Of a stretch of 64,000 bases of DNA, positions 1 to 12,611 are shown one piece after another (position 1 is the stretch's first letter; every line of letters begins with the position of its first letter). Below the pieces are notes generated by a model. The model worked only from the letters and a program-made list of their open reading frames with translations. It ran no database searches and was not told the origin of the DNA. This DNA is from Adineta vaga (lineage: Eukaryota > Animalia > Rotifera), in contig CP075497.1 in NCBI GenBank assembly GCA_021613535.1, forward strand, positions 434,001-498,000, written 5' to 3'. The position numbers and the translations under genes are program-made.

Positions 1-76
1 TGTCTTGTCAAGAGCCCGATCCGAATTCAGAATGTGTGATTATCTGTGCGAAATTATGTTGAATGAACAAGCAAGC

Positions 77-2372
77 TTATCTTACCCTTCCCTGTACAAA
101 ATTGTAGATCCCAGATGACTGATCGCATGTGTTAGGAGTAAATTTGCAGGAACAAGTAGTATCAGGATCATTCTGGTCTGGTATATAGAAAGAAGGATGA
201 AAGATGAAATTGAGTGAATTAGTCACATTTGAAAGTCCATAAAAATAATTTGTTAACCACGCAGAGAACAATGCATTGCTACTCATTGTCTGTTGAAAGA
301 TGGCTAACTGTAGTAAAAATGAACTTCTAGCTGTTTGTTGAAATAAACTTGTAATTTGTTGTGCTTCCGATTGAAAGAGGGCGCGTGATTGTAAACTTTT
401 TGTAGCGTATTTTGTTGAATTAAAGTTAAGCAGTTCAGTGTTAATTATTTCTAATGATAGATTGCAAAATACTCCGAGAAGTGGAAAGAATGCCAAACCG
501 TTAGCACGAAAATCTTTTATGTATACATTAACAGTCGAATTCAGATAATCTATCCATCTTTGAGTTATAAAAATGCTGGAGCAAAGTTGATGAAATATTG
601 GTCGAAACGACATGAAACTTTTGTAATCATTTAAAATTGATGTACATGGGCAGATGAGTGTTTTTGCGTACGATTGTGTTTCCAATCGACTGTAAACATC
701 GATTGATGGCTGGTTCACAATTACGGTTTGTGTTGTGTAAGACAATGAAGTAAAGAGAATGAGAAATGAAAGAACCATGATCATTGAAACGAGAAAGATT
801 CTAGTTGAGAGACGTTGATTGTCGAAATGCCAGACAGTTTCTTGTTCAGGATCTTTAAAGAAATTGAGATTTATAATGAATCTCTTAGCTCTGATGATCG
901 GATTTGTTCGCTCTTTGTCTAATGGTCGTCTTTCTAAAAAATTAAAGTTGCACACAGTGCTAAAGATCAAAAGTAAAGCTGGAATGCAGAACTGATTTAC
1001 CGGAATCATTGTTAGCAATAGTCGCAATTCTGGAACGCATGGCTTGTGATGTGGTCATTGATTTTCGAAGAAATGTAACCACTGGTAATATTGCCAATAA
1101 GAAAATAGTGACGATCCCTCCAAGAAAGACAGATGTCGTCTTAATGATGTAGATCGTGTCAAATTGCCGGGTGTACGTATAAATACAGGAGCGCGGATTG
1201 CATTCCTTAAAGTATGATTCAAATGACAAAGCAAGGTGCCATTCGTCAACCATCAAATGATCAACTAATTCTTCCACTGTTGGCAGAGAAGGAGAAGAAG
1301 AAGGAATGTTGAGTGCTGTTATGTTGCCCGTAGCCATTGGATACGGTGAGTCATGAAGATAGCTGTATAGCTGGGTTAAACATGAAGCATTGTACAAACA
1401 AGATAAATTCGATTGCAGTACAGCATCTAGAATAAGACAACCGACGTTAATTCCTTCAACTTCGAATTCACGATGCCCTGGTATTAGTTTCCCAGAAGGC
1501 TCCCAATATTCAGGAATGTCGGTCATATTCGACCGGTAAACTTGGTAGATACCAGTTGTTGTTTTGCATCGAGAATTAGACATACAAGAACAGCCACCAT
1601 ATACAGAAGATATTCGAGGACTCAGTAAATTAATAAGTCGTCCAGAACTTTCAAAAGTTACTATTTGCCAGTTTGTTTGTAATCTATTCACAATATTATT
1701 ACCTTGTATTGTCGTTTTCAATGAATTCAGTAATGTTACAAATGTATTTGCTATGGTAATCAAAAACTGATCACTTGATGCATTGATGATTGCATTCCAT
1801 GCTGTTCTTGAAATGACATATTCTGTAACTAAACTGGTTGAATAGAATTTGATCAACTCATCATCGATCGTTGAAGAAACTAATTGACACAGTAGGTTCA
1901 ACATGTTGAAAAATGAATAGGCTGAATGACGAAAATCATAGAACAAATGATACTTTATATCGGGTAATGAACGATAATTGACGTAGTTGAGCCAGTCGTT
2001 AGTGATGAAGTCACTTGAACAAATTTGATTAAATGTTGGCTCGAATGAGAGAATAAATTTTTGATATGAAACAAGAGCTTGTTGACATTTACATACTAAA
2101 GTGTCAGGATAACTTTGTTGCAGTGTGTTATAGACACTGATAGATGGTTCTTGAACGACAACTGTTTTCGTAACATGGGCTAATGATGAATAAAGTAATA
2201 GAGTGACGACCGACAGGACGAGTAGAATGCAAAAGACGAATGTGGATATACGTTGGTTCTTTAAGTCTTCTTCGCTTCGCTCCCGACTTTCGAATAAGTT
2301 GTAGTTTTTGATATTGTTCTTTAACTGAACCCACCATCTTGTGTTCAGAGACATAATTCGTCTAGTATTCAA
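77..2372 (-). CDS. Large multi-pass membrane protein with repeated TM + C-x-C modules (rotifer-expanded family); 3' end probably runs off the window
   Basis: ORFs 960-2372 and 77-1027 can be joined by a GT..AG intron at about 1000-936. Repeated module (TM, then L-x-C-P/K-C, P-x-F-H/N-Q-x-CSS-x-F). Same family as 35609-41718. Confidence 0.7.
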
Positions 2373-2480
2373 TATCTAACGAGAAAGAGAATTTCTGAGG
2401 GTGTGTGTGTGAGAGTGAATACACTGTAAAAACTGCGTAATACAGAACGCACAAAAATCCTTTATGATCAAGGTCAGGAA

Positions 2481-2612
2481 TAGGGGTGGACCATTTAATT
2501 TAACGCGAGTTAATTAACTTGCGTTAATTAACGGATTCCGTTAACCGTTATTATTAACGTTGACGAAAACCGTTTACGTTTATTTTAAATAAACGTAAAT
2601 GTCCCACCCTTA
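2481..2612. mobile_element. Small MITE-like element with nested palindromes
   Basis: Ends TAGGGGTGGACCATTTA and TAAATGTCCCACCCTTA are imperfect inverted repeats. Internal near-perfect palindromes TTAACGCGAGTTAATTAACTTGCGTTAA and TTTACGTTTATTTTAAATAAACGTAAA. No clear TSD. Confidence 0.55.
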
Positions 2613-2711
2613 CGACTGAGTCAGGAACCTTTTTGTGTACTCAAAAAGTGAGTACACTACTAAAATCGGTCAGTGTGTCCGGTCATCCGTTTATCCGTTA
2701 ATTTTCGAAAG

Positions 2712-2783
2712 GAGAGTGTGTGTGGGTGTGGGTGTCTGCTGAAAGAAGAGATATCCACCCATTCCAGACTCTCACCCACCCCT
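2712..2783. repeat. Telomere-like palindromic element (G-arm / spacer / C-arm)
   Basis: GAGAGTGTGTGTGGGTGTGGGTGT ... CCACCC...CTCACCCACCCCT. A lone G-arm CTGAGGGTGTGTGTGTG also lies at 2395. Confidence 0.65.
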
Positions 2784-2862
2784 TTGTTCCTATATCTTGT
2801 TCTATATATTTTCTATTCATATTTGAGATAAAGACATTAAAACAAATAAATTTGTGCGTAGT

Positions 2863-3404
2863 AACGGGATTTAATGGTATTACGCAGTGAGCTTCATCAA
2901 AACCTTTCGGTGTCGAACTTAAAAGAATTTCAAAAATTTGACACTTTTTGGAGATAGAAAATGTCGAAAAATGCGAAGAAATTCATTTTCTTCATGTCGA
3001 TGAGAAACATTAGACTTTTCAATGAAAATGGATGTTTTTCAGTATTTTTATAACAGGAGACTCTTCGAAATACATCTCGGAGATGCAGCGGGAAAACTGC
3101 GTTTAATGCCATCGATATGAAGAAAATGAATTTTTTCACATTTTTTTACATTTTCTGATTAGTTTTCCAATATTTCATCTCAGAAAAATGCTCTCAAAAT
3201 TTTTCCATCTACACAGTTTTGCAGAACTCGTTGAACTCTATCGAACTATGTAAAAAGATTTAGGAAAAAAAATGTTTCTTTCATGTTGCAATTACTTACA
3301 CCATATTTTCTATCACCAAAAAGTGTCAAATTTTCGAAGTTCCTTTAAGTTCGACACCGAAAGGTTTAGATAAAGTTCACTGCGTAGTACCAATAAATCC
3401 CGTT
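2863..3404. mobile_element. MITE with ~100-bp terminal inverted repeats
   Basis: AACGGGATTTAATGGTATTACGCAGTGAGC...CTTTCGGTGTCGAACTTAAA from 2863 is the reverse complement of about 3305-3404 with few mismatches. Non-coding interior. Confidence 0.85.
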
Positions 3405-4967
3405 TCCGACAGGCTTTCATCTGATGTAACATTCATTATATATTTACTTTGAAAAAATATCGTTACCCGCCTTGTACTATAGTGGAAGATATTAGAAGTA
3501 CCAACATATAAAGAATTTTTGAGTTAACACTTGGCATCTCGCTTCTCCTCTTTTTTCGTTTCTCTTTTCTTCGATTTTATTCTGAATTTTCTTGTTGACA
3601 TCACTACTTCGCATTTGTGACATACTTACGTTTATTGATATTTAAGTTTATGCAAAAAAAGGGAAAAAAATACGTCAAGAAAGTATTTTCTCAAAAGAAG
3701 AGAAAAAGAGAAATTGGCAAGCCAGGTTAACACCGATTTCAAACTTCCTCTAGAATCAGTTTTTAATGCGGAATCTGAAAATAACATTTTCTGAAAGTTT
3801 CATGAAAAAACCAAAGATAAATTTCACTCGAATTTTGCATTGTTTGCACCTTATATTAAAGAAAAAAATGGGTGGAAAAATGCAGGATGTTTCTCTGAAA
3901 ACGAGATTTACATTGACATAGAACAGAAACAGATATTGTAAGTTAGTTGTCAATATATAGTCGAATTATTCATCTAGGAAAAGTTAATCGTAGTTTCAAA
4001 ACCAGCGAACTCTTACAAACATTTCTTCTATCCAAAAGATATTTCTGACTGTCATCTATCAGTAAGTTTGTGTTCTCTATATACATGGTTACTCTCTTTC
4101 TCTCTCCGAAAAAAGAGAAACAATAACCTTTGACTACTGCGCTTGTATTCTTATATATTGCAGCAAAACATAATTTGTCCTTATATTAGTTTTGGAGCAG
4201 TTAAGGATATTGCTTTCTAAGTATGTACGTCACCACCTCTTTTGTAGATCAAAATGTAAAGATGAATGAATATAAAGTGTTTTGAGCCAGCTGGCGAATA
4301 GTATAACCGTAGCTTTCTGTTTAGTTTCTACTATAATTATATATTATTGCCATTTCTCTTCGAAGCTACCTTCTTTTTATTTCCAAGAAAAAAAAATACT
4401 GGTCTATATCATCGTATATTTAGAACACTAAAGAAAAGTTCTAAGTCACGCTGTGAATTGATCATCTATATTTACTTTTTTCCTCTTTTTTTCGAATCAT
4501 AAACGAGTATTCGATTCACACTCTCTATATGCAGTAAAACCTCTCTTACTGAACGCCTGCGAGAACCACAGAGTGAATTTTTGTTTGATTCACACCCCTC
4601 CTATATGATCATCTCGTCATTCTGAGAATGAATGCATTTCTTCGATCCCGTCTATCTGAACGATAGTAAAGAGCGCCATCTTGAAAAACTATTTCATTAC
4701 AGCTATGAAGTTGATTATCATAAAGGTGATCGGATCTATTCTTTTATTCAATTACAAACGAGCAGGAGAAAAAAGAAAGAGAGAATACACAAGTAGAGCG
4801 CCTGATACAAACTACATCACCTTTGTGAAAATTTTTCGTTCAACTCAAATATCTCGACTTTTTGACATGTCTTGAAGTTGAATTGTATGGGACCATCGGA
4901 AAAAACCTGTTTATGGTACTAACTTTGTAAGACACAGTTTTCATGTGGGGATAAAGAATGCCAAGAT

Positions 4968-6275
4968 TTGAATTCTAAATGTAACAATGGTCGCAATCTA
5001 TTTTTTAGTCAAAGTCTATTGTATATTTCAACTGTGAATAACAATGCTTCGAACCGTATCACTTTTGATTGTTGGTTTTTATTGCTGTGTATGTACGAGG
5101 AAATGAATGTAAATCTTATGGGATATGACTATGATGATTGTGAATCTTTTAAAGATTCCTTCGATAGATGGACGTATTTAAATTCTTTTCGAAAGATCTG
5201 TACTACTACATTCTGGTTTCAGTTTGAAGAAAACTTTCTGTATCCACATTTGCCAGATATCTATATCATAATATGTCAACGAATGATGAATGGTGGTTGC
5301 CAACTCATCTCTGTTATAATCAGAAAAAATGTCCCGTTTTTCCAATTGCTAGTTTATTGTTAATAGACAATTGGTCGTGTATTGAGGCAGAAGAAATTGA
5401 GAATGGGCATGATCCATCATTATTGTCGATAGCCTTTTCATCTTGTAATAGATTCCATACAGCACTACTACAGAATGATTCTCGACTCTTTCATTGTGAT
5501 AGATCGATGAAATTCATTTCAAAGCATCGAGTAAAAGACTATGCCGATGATTGTTATTACGAGGAAGATGAATACGAGAATGTTAATTCTACTATTATAA
5601 ATGCTCTTATTCTGACCGATCGTTTCAGATGTATAGAAAAAAATGAATGGTTGCCACGTCCATTAGCATTAGATCTTGATTGTATTGCAGCATATAGAAA
5701 ACTGGGTCTTGGTGTTTGTGAAACCGCTTCCGATAATGCTTGTCAATATCTTCGTGGTTCGTATTCACCGTCTATATATTACATCTTTCGAGAAAATTGT
5801 AATAATTTCGTAGCGTTAGATTTTCTTGTCGAAAACGAAACAGATGAGACAAATTGTGAAGAATGGTGAAGATGAATTAAAGTGTTCTAATACACTTTTC
5901 TCTTACATTATACATACAGTATTTTAATGTAATGCAACTGAACATTATTGTACATATCGAAATGGTACTATAGGTCGCTTATCAAAAGATCGTGCAGGAG
6001 ATGGAACTGTCGATTGTTTAGGAGGTACTGATTAAAGAAAAACAACAACATGTAATTTTCCAAATAATGTACACCAATTTCAGTGTTCCAGTGGCATGTG
6101 TTTATTAACAAGGGACATCTTTAACGATGTTTTTGATTGTCTTAAGTATGATGATGGATGGCTTTGTTTTTCTAAACATGAAAGACCATTAGAATTCTCA
6201 CTCGACAGACTTAATGAATATCCTCAAGTTACGATGAAGTCATTTTCTCAAACAACAGAAAATGCTGATGCTTAA
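4968..6275 (+). pseudogene. Decayed LDL-receptor-class-A repeat protein fragment (LDLa/EGF-GPCR family)
   Basis: Fragments ETDETNCEEW, NGEDELKC and GDGTVDCLGGTD*...FQCSSGMC are spread over several frames with stops. They match motifs in 25423-30146 and 58502-61015. Boundaries approximate. Confidence 0.6.
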
Positions 6276-6396
6276 GTATCAATATTCATCAAAATATATT
6301 GTAAAGGATATAAAGAAGAAATACATGAAAATTAACATAGATATATATTTATATGATGAAATGGCTTTTTTTCTCTTGTGAATAATTGTTAAATTG

Positions 6397-7110
6397 TCAT
6401 TCCATTGATCGATAACTTCTTTCAAATTTAAGTTCAACTCTTCCTTCCTCATTGTAATTTTTTGTTTTTATAAACCATTTTCCTTCAAATTGATATTGAT
6501 TACAATTCCAATCAACTTGAATTGTAACATTATGTCCAAGATTTTCTATTAAATTTCCAGTTCCTTTTCGATATTTCTTTATGAAAGCTATACGATTCGT
6601 TTTTATTGAATAAACTCCTTCAATAACAAATTCTCCAATATCATCACTTCCATTTCCAGTTATTTTCGATGTTTCTGGATCAAATAAAAGTGAAAATCGA
6701 TAAGGTCCATGAAATTTATCATATTGATAATAACGACTTAACCAAAAACCTGAATGGAATTGATCACACTTTTCTCTATTTGATCCTATGTTAACATATT
6801 CTTCATTTGATGGTGTTGGAAAACTATTTGACCAAAGATGATAAAGTGCCATTAGAAATACAATAAATATACCAAATGTTATTACATATTCTATAAATGT
6901 CGTTGGAATTTGATAACCACTACGCATGTAACCTGCATGTCTTCCACGATAGAAATGATCTAAAAAGTAAAGATATGATAAAAGATAGAAAAATCTTATT
7001 AACTTACTTCGTCCTGGACGACTACGACCTTTTGGACCAGTAGTACCTTGACAATAGATTACACTTATAAAAATTATAAGGATTAAAGATATACGAAAAA
7101 TAATATGCAT
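6397..7110 (-). CDS. Signal peptide + TM protein with a beta-rich C-terminal domain, function unknown
   Basis: 237-aa ORF with hydrophobic N-terminus and internal TM. Probably one short in-frame intron at about 7008-6961. A decayed paralogue lies at 33628-34143. Confidence 0.75.
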   Translation of the reverse strand: MHIIFRISLILIIFISVIYCQGTTGPKGRSRPGRSKLIRFFYLLSYLYFLDHFYRGRHAGYMRSGYQIPTTFIEYVITFGIFIVFLMALYHLWSNSFPTPSNEEYVNIGSNREKCDQFHSGFWLSRYYQYDKFHGPYRFSLLFDPETSKITGNGSDDIGEFVIEGVYSIKTNRIAFIKKYRKGTGNLIENLGHNVTIQVDWNCNQYQFEGKWFIKTKNYNEEGRVELKFERSYRSME

Positions 7111-7455
7111 TATGTATCTTTACTGTATTCGATCAATTATTTGTATTGAAGAAATATTATGAAAGAAATTTATGTGTTATTTTGCATCATATCATAATAA
7201 ATGAAAATAAGAATGTATGATAATCAAACGTTTGTAACGTGAATATTGATCGATACACCTTTGAAAAGCACGTGTAATATGATGAAGAAAAAACAGGAGA
7301 ATAGTTTAATAAGAAAAGAAAAAAAACAACCCTCTTATGAGTAATATCTTTTCAAATATTTTCGATTGCAATTTTGCAATAAATCAAGAACGGAAAGAAT
7401 TAGATATTTGCACAAAAGTTTATTATTGAAATATACAATTGACTAAATAACAGAT

Positions 7456-7514
7456 CTTGAGAGTGTGGGTGTCAGAGAGGTTGGTTGGTTCTTACTGTAT
7501 CCTCACTCACTCCC
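7456..7514. repeat. Telomere-like palindromic element
   Basis: CTTGAGAGTGTGGGTGT ... CCTCACTCACTCCC. Confidence 0.65.
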
Positions 7515-7704
7515 ATGTTAAGATAATTCAACTCGAAAGAAAAGTGACAGAATCATAGTTAGACCTTTGATAAACTAATAATTTTCTCCTCTATATGTCA
7601 TCAGTGTAATTAAGATATGGAAATCGAATTTGTTCTTTTCTTCCTTTTATTTACAACAATAACATTATTGTGTATATAAATATCGCAGTTGCTTTTTTTT
7701 AAAT

Positions 7705-7757
7705 AGGGTGTGGTTGTAGATGATTAGCTAGTGCTCACTCCACACCCACACCCTCAA
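7705..7757. repeat. Telomere-like palindromic element
   Basis: AGGGTGTGGTTGT ... CACACCCACACCCTCAA. Confidence 0.8.
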
Positions 7758-8036
7758 TATCCATTTAATATCGCACGCACCAGCGGATTGTTACTTTCCT
7801 TTTTTATAGTACCTCTATTTTGTCAAGATATACGCACATTGAAATTATCTCGATTGACCAATACTAAACACCAATATTCACCTTCAATCATCATTTCAGT
7901 ATCTAATCAAAGACATTGTCAAATCATCTGTTTATCTATGTCTAACTGTCGTACCTTGGTATTCTACAAGGGGAAAAAAGCGGATCCTGGGATCTGATGT
8001 GGGTAATGATTTCTTATTTTTCATCATTAAACCTAT

Positions 8037-11000
8037 CAGGGTTCCCGATTACTTTTGAAAGTGGGGGGGGGGGGCTAAATTTTGGCAGAAAGGTTTTTCT
8101 GCCAAAATCATTTTTTTACAAAAATTAATATTATTTCAAATAGTAACATCTAAGTTCATTTTTATTGAAAACAACAAAATATTTAAAAAAACAACTTCAA
8201 AAATGTTCATCATTTTCTTTTACTGGATCAGTTTCTAAAAACAATGCTATATTTCGTGATTTTGCACGTCCAGGATTTTTAACAAAATCTTCAATAATGA
8301 AATTGACAGCATCGTTTGTCAATTGCAAATCAAGACTACTTAATTTTAGTAATACTTCGACAGTATTGTCACTTAATCGATTTCTCATCCAAGTTTTTGT
8401 CCGTCGTAATGTGCTGAACATACGTTCAGCTTCATTTGAACCAACAGCAAATGTTGCAAGTATCTGGTAAAAACGATACCATTCAGAACATTGTTCACTA
8501 CCAAATTTTGCCAGTTTTGATAAGATTGCTGGAATTGTAGTTACACCTTCGATAATTTTCAGGAAACCATGGACATCGTCTTTTAAATTATTTAAATTCA
8601 GTAAAGGTTTATCTGTACGTTCATATGATTTTCCATCAACACCTGTGTGTTTATAATGAATAGGAGATGTATACTTTTGTATCAGTGGATTATTAATTAA
8701 ACTGTCAGGTGATTGATTCGATGGAAATGAGAATACATTCAAATTTTCAATTAATTCTTGAGCTTTTCCATCAAAGCGATTATCTAATGATTTTAAAACA
8801 TGTTGAATAAATTCATTTCCTATTTCACGAAAATGGTTTTCATCAATGCTATTATTAGTTGATTGTTGTTGTCGTCGTGTTGAATTTGCTGTTGATGGAA
8901 TTATTGGAGCAAAATTCTTGATATAATCTAAAGTTGTTTGAAAGCTAATAAAATCAAAATTATTCATGGCTTGTGAGATTGTTTCTCGTGCAGCATTAAC
9001 ATTCACAGCAAATTCATCCAGACATAAACCACGTTTTTCAATTTGTTTTAAGAATTTCATTGCCGGACGAAGGGTGTCACGTAATAAATGTATTTGAAAA
9101 GCAACTACTGGTTTTAATAAATCAGTTACATAACGACGTCCGTCGGAACTTCCAATGCCTTTTGATTGAGATATTGTTGAAAAAGTTAAAATAATAGCCG
9201 AATAATGCTGGCAAGCAAATTGAACAATTTCATACGAATAAGTCCATCTAGTATTACTTGGCTTCGGTACTTTATGTCCTGATAAGTTTCATAAATATTA
9301 ATAATCATTATATTCATAATAATAATAAACTCCTACCTTTCTGACTTGAACCCATAAGCTTTTGACTATTAAAAAGAATTTCAAGTCTATGTGAACTATC
9401 ATTTAAAAAGATTAATGCTGATTTAATTGTATCATATGCATCATAAAAAGAATATTCGATAGCATCTTTAACACCGAGATTAAGTAAATGAGAACGGCAA
9501 TAAATATAAATTCCCCATGCTGATAATCGACTTTGCACATGACCTTGTGTTTGGAAACGCATTGCTGCTGCACCATCATACGTTTGAGCTGTAATTATAA
9601 ATTCTTTACCAACTTGATTTTGTAATTTAGCAAGAAACTCATTGATCACATTAAAAATCCCTAATCAAAATTATAAAAATAATAACTGAATTATAATTGT
9701 TTCAAAAATCTAGTTACCTTCACCACTCACATCATGTATTGAACTTAATTTGAAAATTTCCTCTTTAATTATTCCATTTCCATTTTCTACATATCTCAAA
9801 CAAATACAAATCATCTGTTTAACAGTCACATCTGTAGTTTCATCAATGATTAAATTAATAAATTCTGTTTGTTTTAGTGAAGATATTTGTTGATGATTAA
9901 TATAATTATCGATACTTAGAAGCCATTCTGATGTGGCTTCGTGGCTCCAATACCTTTATATAAACACAGAAATCAGACAGATATCATGTTATGATTTTCG
10001 CATTTACCTTTGTTTCACATTTGATAGATTTAACCATTGAACAATACCAGGACATTCAACTTTTTGTAATAATTCAACAAAAGATTTGAATTTTATAAGA
10101 GCAATCTCTTCTTTAATTATAAACCATAAAGTCTGAAGAAGAATACTCAAGTATTTTCTTGTTTGATTTTCTAAATTTACACAATTTAATTGACCAATTA
10201 TATTTCCATTTTTTTCAACAATTTCAGCTCCTAATCGACGAGCTCGACTCTCTCGATGTAAATCACTGTTTTGATGACGATCGATACCTATGAAAAATCA
10301 AACTTATATTATTTTTTTCCTAACGAAAAATTGAACAAACCATATAATCCTTTATGTTTCAATTTCCAAAAAGGTCTAACTACAAAAGCTCCATTATTTC
10401 GATCAATTAATGTTTCATTTGTCGCAAATTCTATGCAATCAATACATAATAAACCATATCTATCATTACTATGTACGGCTCGCAACCAAGTGCGATCTTT
10501 CGAAAACCAATGACGGCTTGGTTTAACTCGTTTTTGTTTATCATCCGTAAACCATTGAATATTAGGAAATTTTCTCCTTTGTATATCAATAAAATTCAAT
10601 TCATGATGAGTAATAAATTTTACACCTTCGATATGTTTAAAGCTGATTATTGTACTAATTGGAATAAAATCATCAATATTTTGTGTAGATTCAGGCATCA
10701 GTGTTACATCATTTTCTGATTCATCATCTTTACTTTCATCATCACTTGTGGTTTTGGAATCCAAGTCATTGTCATGTTGTGTCGAAATAAAATCTTTAGG
10801 GGATCCAACTAAACAAAGAACGGTATGGTAATGTGAGATATTTATCAATATTTGTTTCATACCATTTTCAGAAACACTTGTTTGATCAGTAGAAGATAGA
10901 ATGTTAGTAATCGATGGTGTTGTTATAGGTGTATTGATTAATGGATTATATGAACAAGAATTATCTATGTAAAAAAATAATGTTATCTTCCGATTTATTT

Positions 11001-11782
11001 TATGTAGAAGTGTACAGTATCATACCATTTTCATTGTCATTGACATTCGGAAGAATATTAGATAAACTTGTTGAAGATTCAATAGTATAGCTTGTGGACT
11101 GAACATTTGTGTCTTGAACACTTGATTCCATTGATACCAATCTATCAATCTCACGATCACTATGAATGGCCAAATCTGTTGATTTTGTCAAAGCAAATTT
11201 TTTCATTGAAAACAAGTTATTTGTTATCACTGGAGTAGGTTTTTCAGCTACTGTTGTTACATCTAATGCTGGTACTGTTGGTTTTAATTTTTCTAAATCG
11301 TTTTTCATTTCATTATACTTAGCATCAATTACTGAAGATGACATTGTATGCATTTGCCTACAATGATCTTTCCAGTTTTTTAGAAGCATTGATTTAGAAC
11401 ATGAAGGACAATGTATTTTACAACTAGTAATATATACTGTTTTCGAAGCCATATAAAGAACTAAAAATAATCTTAAATATAATGAAAATATTACATGTAC
11501 ATGTTAATTAATTAAATCTATAGACGATCAACAAATATGAGTTTTCTGGCAAAAAAGAGTTGATAGAAATGATAGATTTTCTGGCAGAAAAGAGTAGACA
11601 GAAACGATAGATTTTCTGGCAGAAAAGAATCGACAGAAAAAAAGCAAAAATTCGATTTGTATGGTTATTTTATGCGTTTGAAGACCATAAGAAAAACCAA
11701 AAGAAAATGAAAAAAATTTGGCAGAAACAACTAATTTTTGGGGCTGGACACCCCCAGACCCCCCCCCTAATCGGACCCCCTG
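8037..11782 (-). mobile_element. hAT-superfamily DNA transposon, apparently full length
   Basis: TIRs CAGGGTTCCCGATTA and TAATCGGACCCCCTG. Perfect 8-bp TSD AAACCTAT at 8029-8036 and 11783-11790. Subterminal TGGCAGAAA motifs, including three tandem ~34-bp units at about 11540-11640. Confidence 0.95.
8197..11452 (-). CDS. hAT transposase (ZBED/ZMYM1-like), multi-exon
   Basis: N-terminal C2H2-type finger (CPSC...HCRQMH), DETTD, YDGAAAM, CRSH, RW and the C-terminal AERMFS dimerisation motif. About six short GT-AG introns. Confidence 0.88.
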
Positions 11783-12611
11783 AAACCTATAGTCAACGTT
11801 GTATTCATAAGAAATTCAGTTTGGTTATCGAATTCGATAAAATCTCTTCAATTGTTTTTAATTACCAATGTTTTATTCATAACTCTATCTAAAACAAAAA
11901 AGTAATAATTATTAATGCTCAATAATACAATGACATTGTTGATCAATTTCAATGAATTTTTCTAAAATATTTTCAAATTCATTTTCATGAACAAGTTTTA
12001 CCATTGTATTTGTCTTTTTTTCGGATATTTTTAAAAGTAATTCAACACTTTTCTATATCAAAATACAATTGCTATACTCAACAGAGAATCTTTGTTCCTA
12101 ATAGTTTTCAAATTTTCCTATTTACGATTTACAATGATAAAATGATTTGTTTTATGGAAATGGATTATTGAATATATATAATTCCTTGTTGTTTAAATAC
12201 GAACAAATGTAATTATATATAATATTAATCAGGGTAACAAAGGAATATATATTTATACTTTCCAACACTGAATTTTTATGATTGAATTATATGGAGAAGA
12301 AAATCAGGTAAAAATGACGACATATTCAATTCTTCATAAGGTGAGAAGAAGAAAGAAATATTGGTTGCTAACAAGTTCAATCACGATTTGTTTGCAACGC
12401 ATTTTCTTTTTGTCTATGTTTCACCTTTTCGAATTCGAAAAAAGACATTAACTGTGTAACATTTTCTGAATGCGACGTACTTTCAAAAGAAAACATTAGC
12501 AACGAAGCATTAAAATGTAAATATTTAATCGTACTTTCACTCACGATCTCAACAGTATATAAACAAACGACAAAAGTCTGTAATATATTATTCATATTTA
12601 ACGTTTTCAAC

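Noticed and set aside
3523-3731. Possible MITE bounded by GTTAAC..TGGC / GCCA..GTTAAC
   Set aside because: The inverted match is short and the rest is low-complexity purine/pyrimidine tract.
11790-12340. Possible minus-strand gene interrupted by the hAT element, continuing at 7760-8030
   Set aside because: Only short coding-like stretches with many stops. No recognisable domain.
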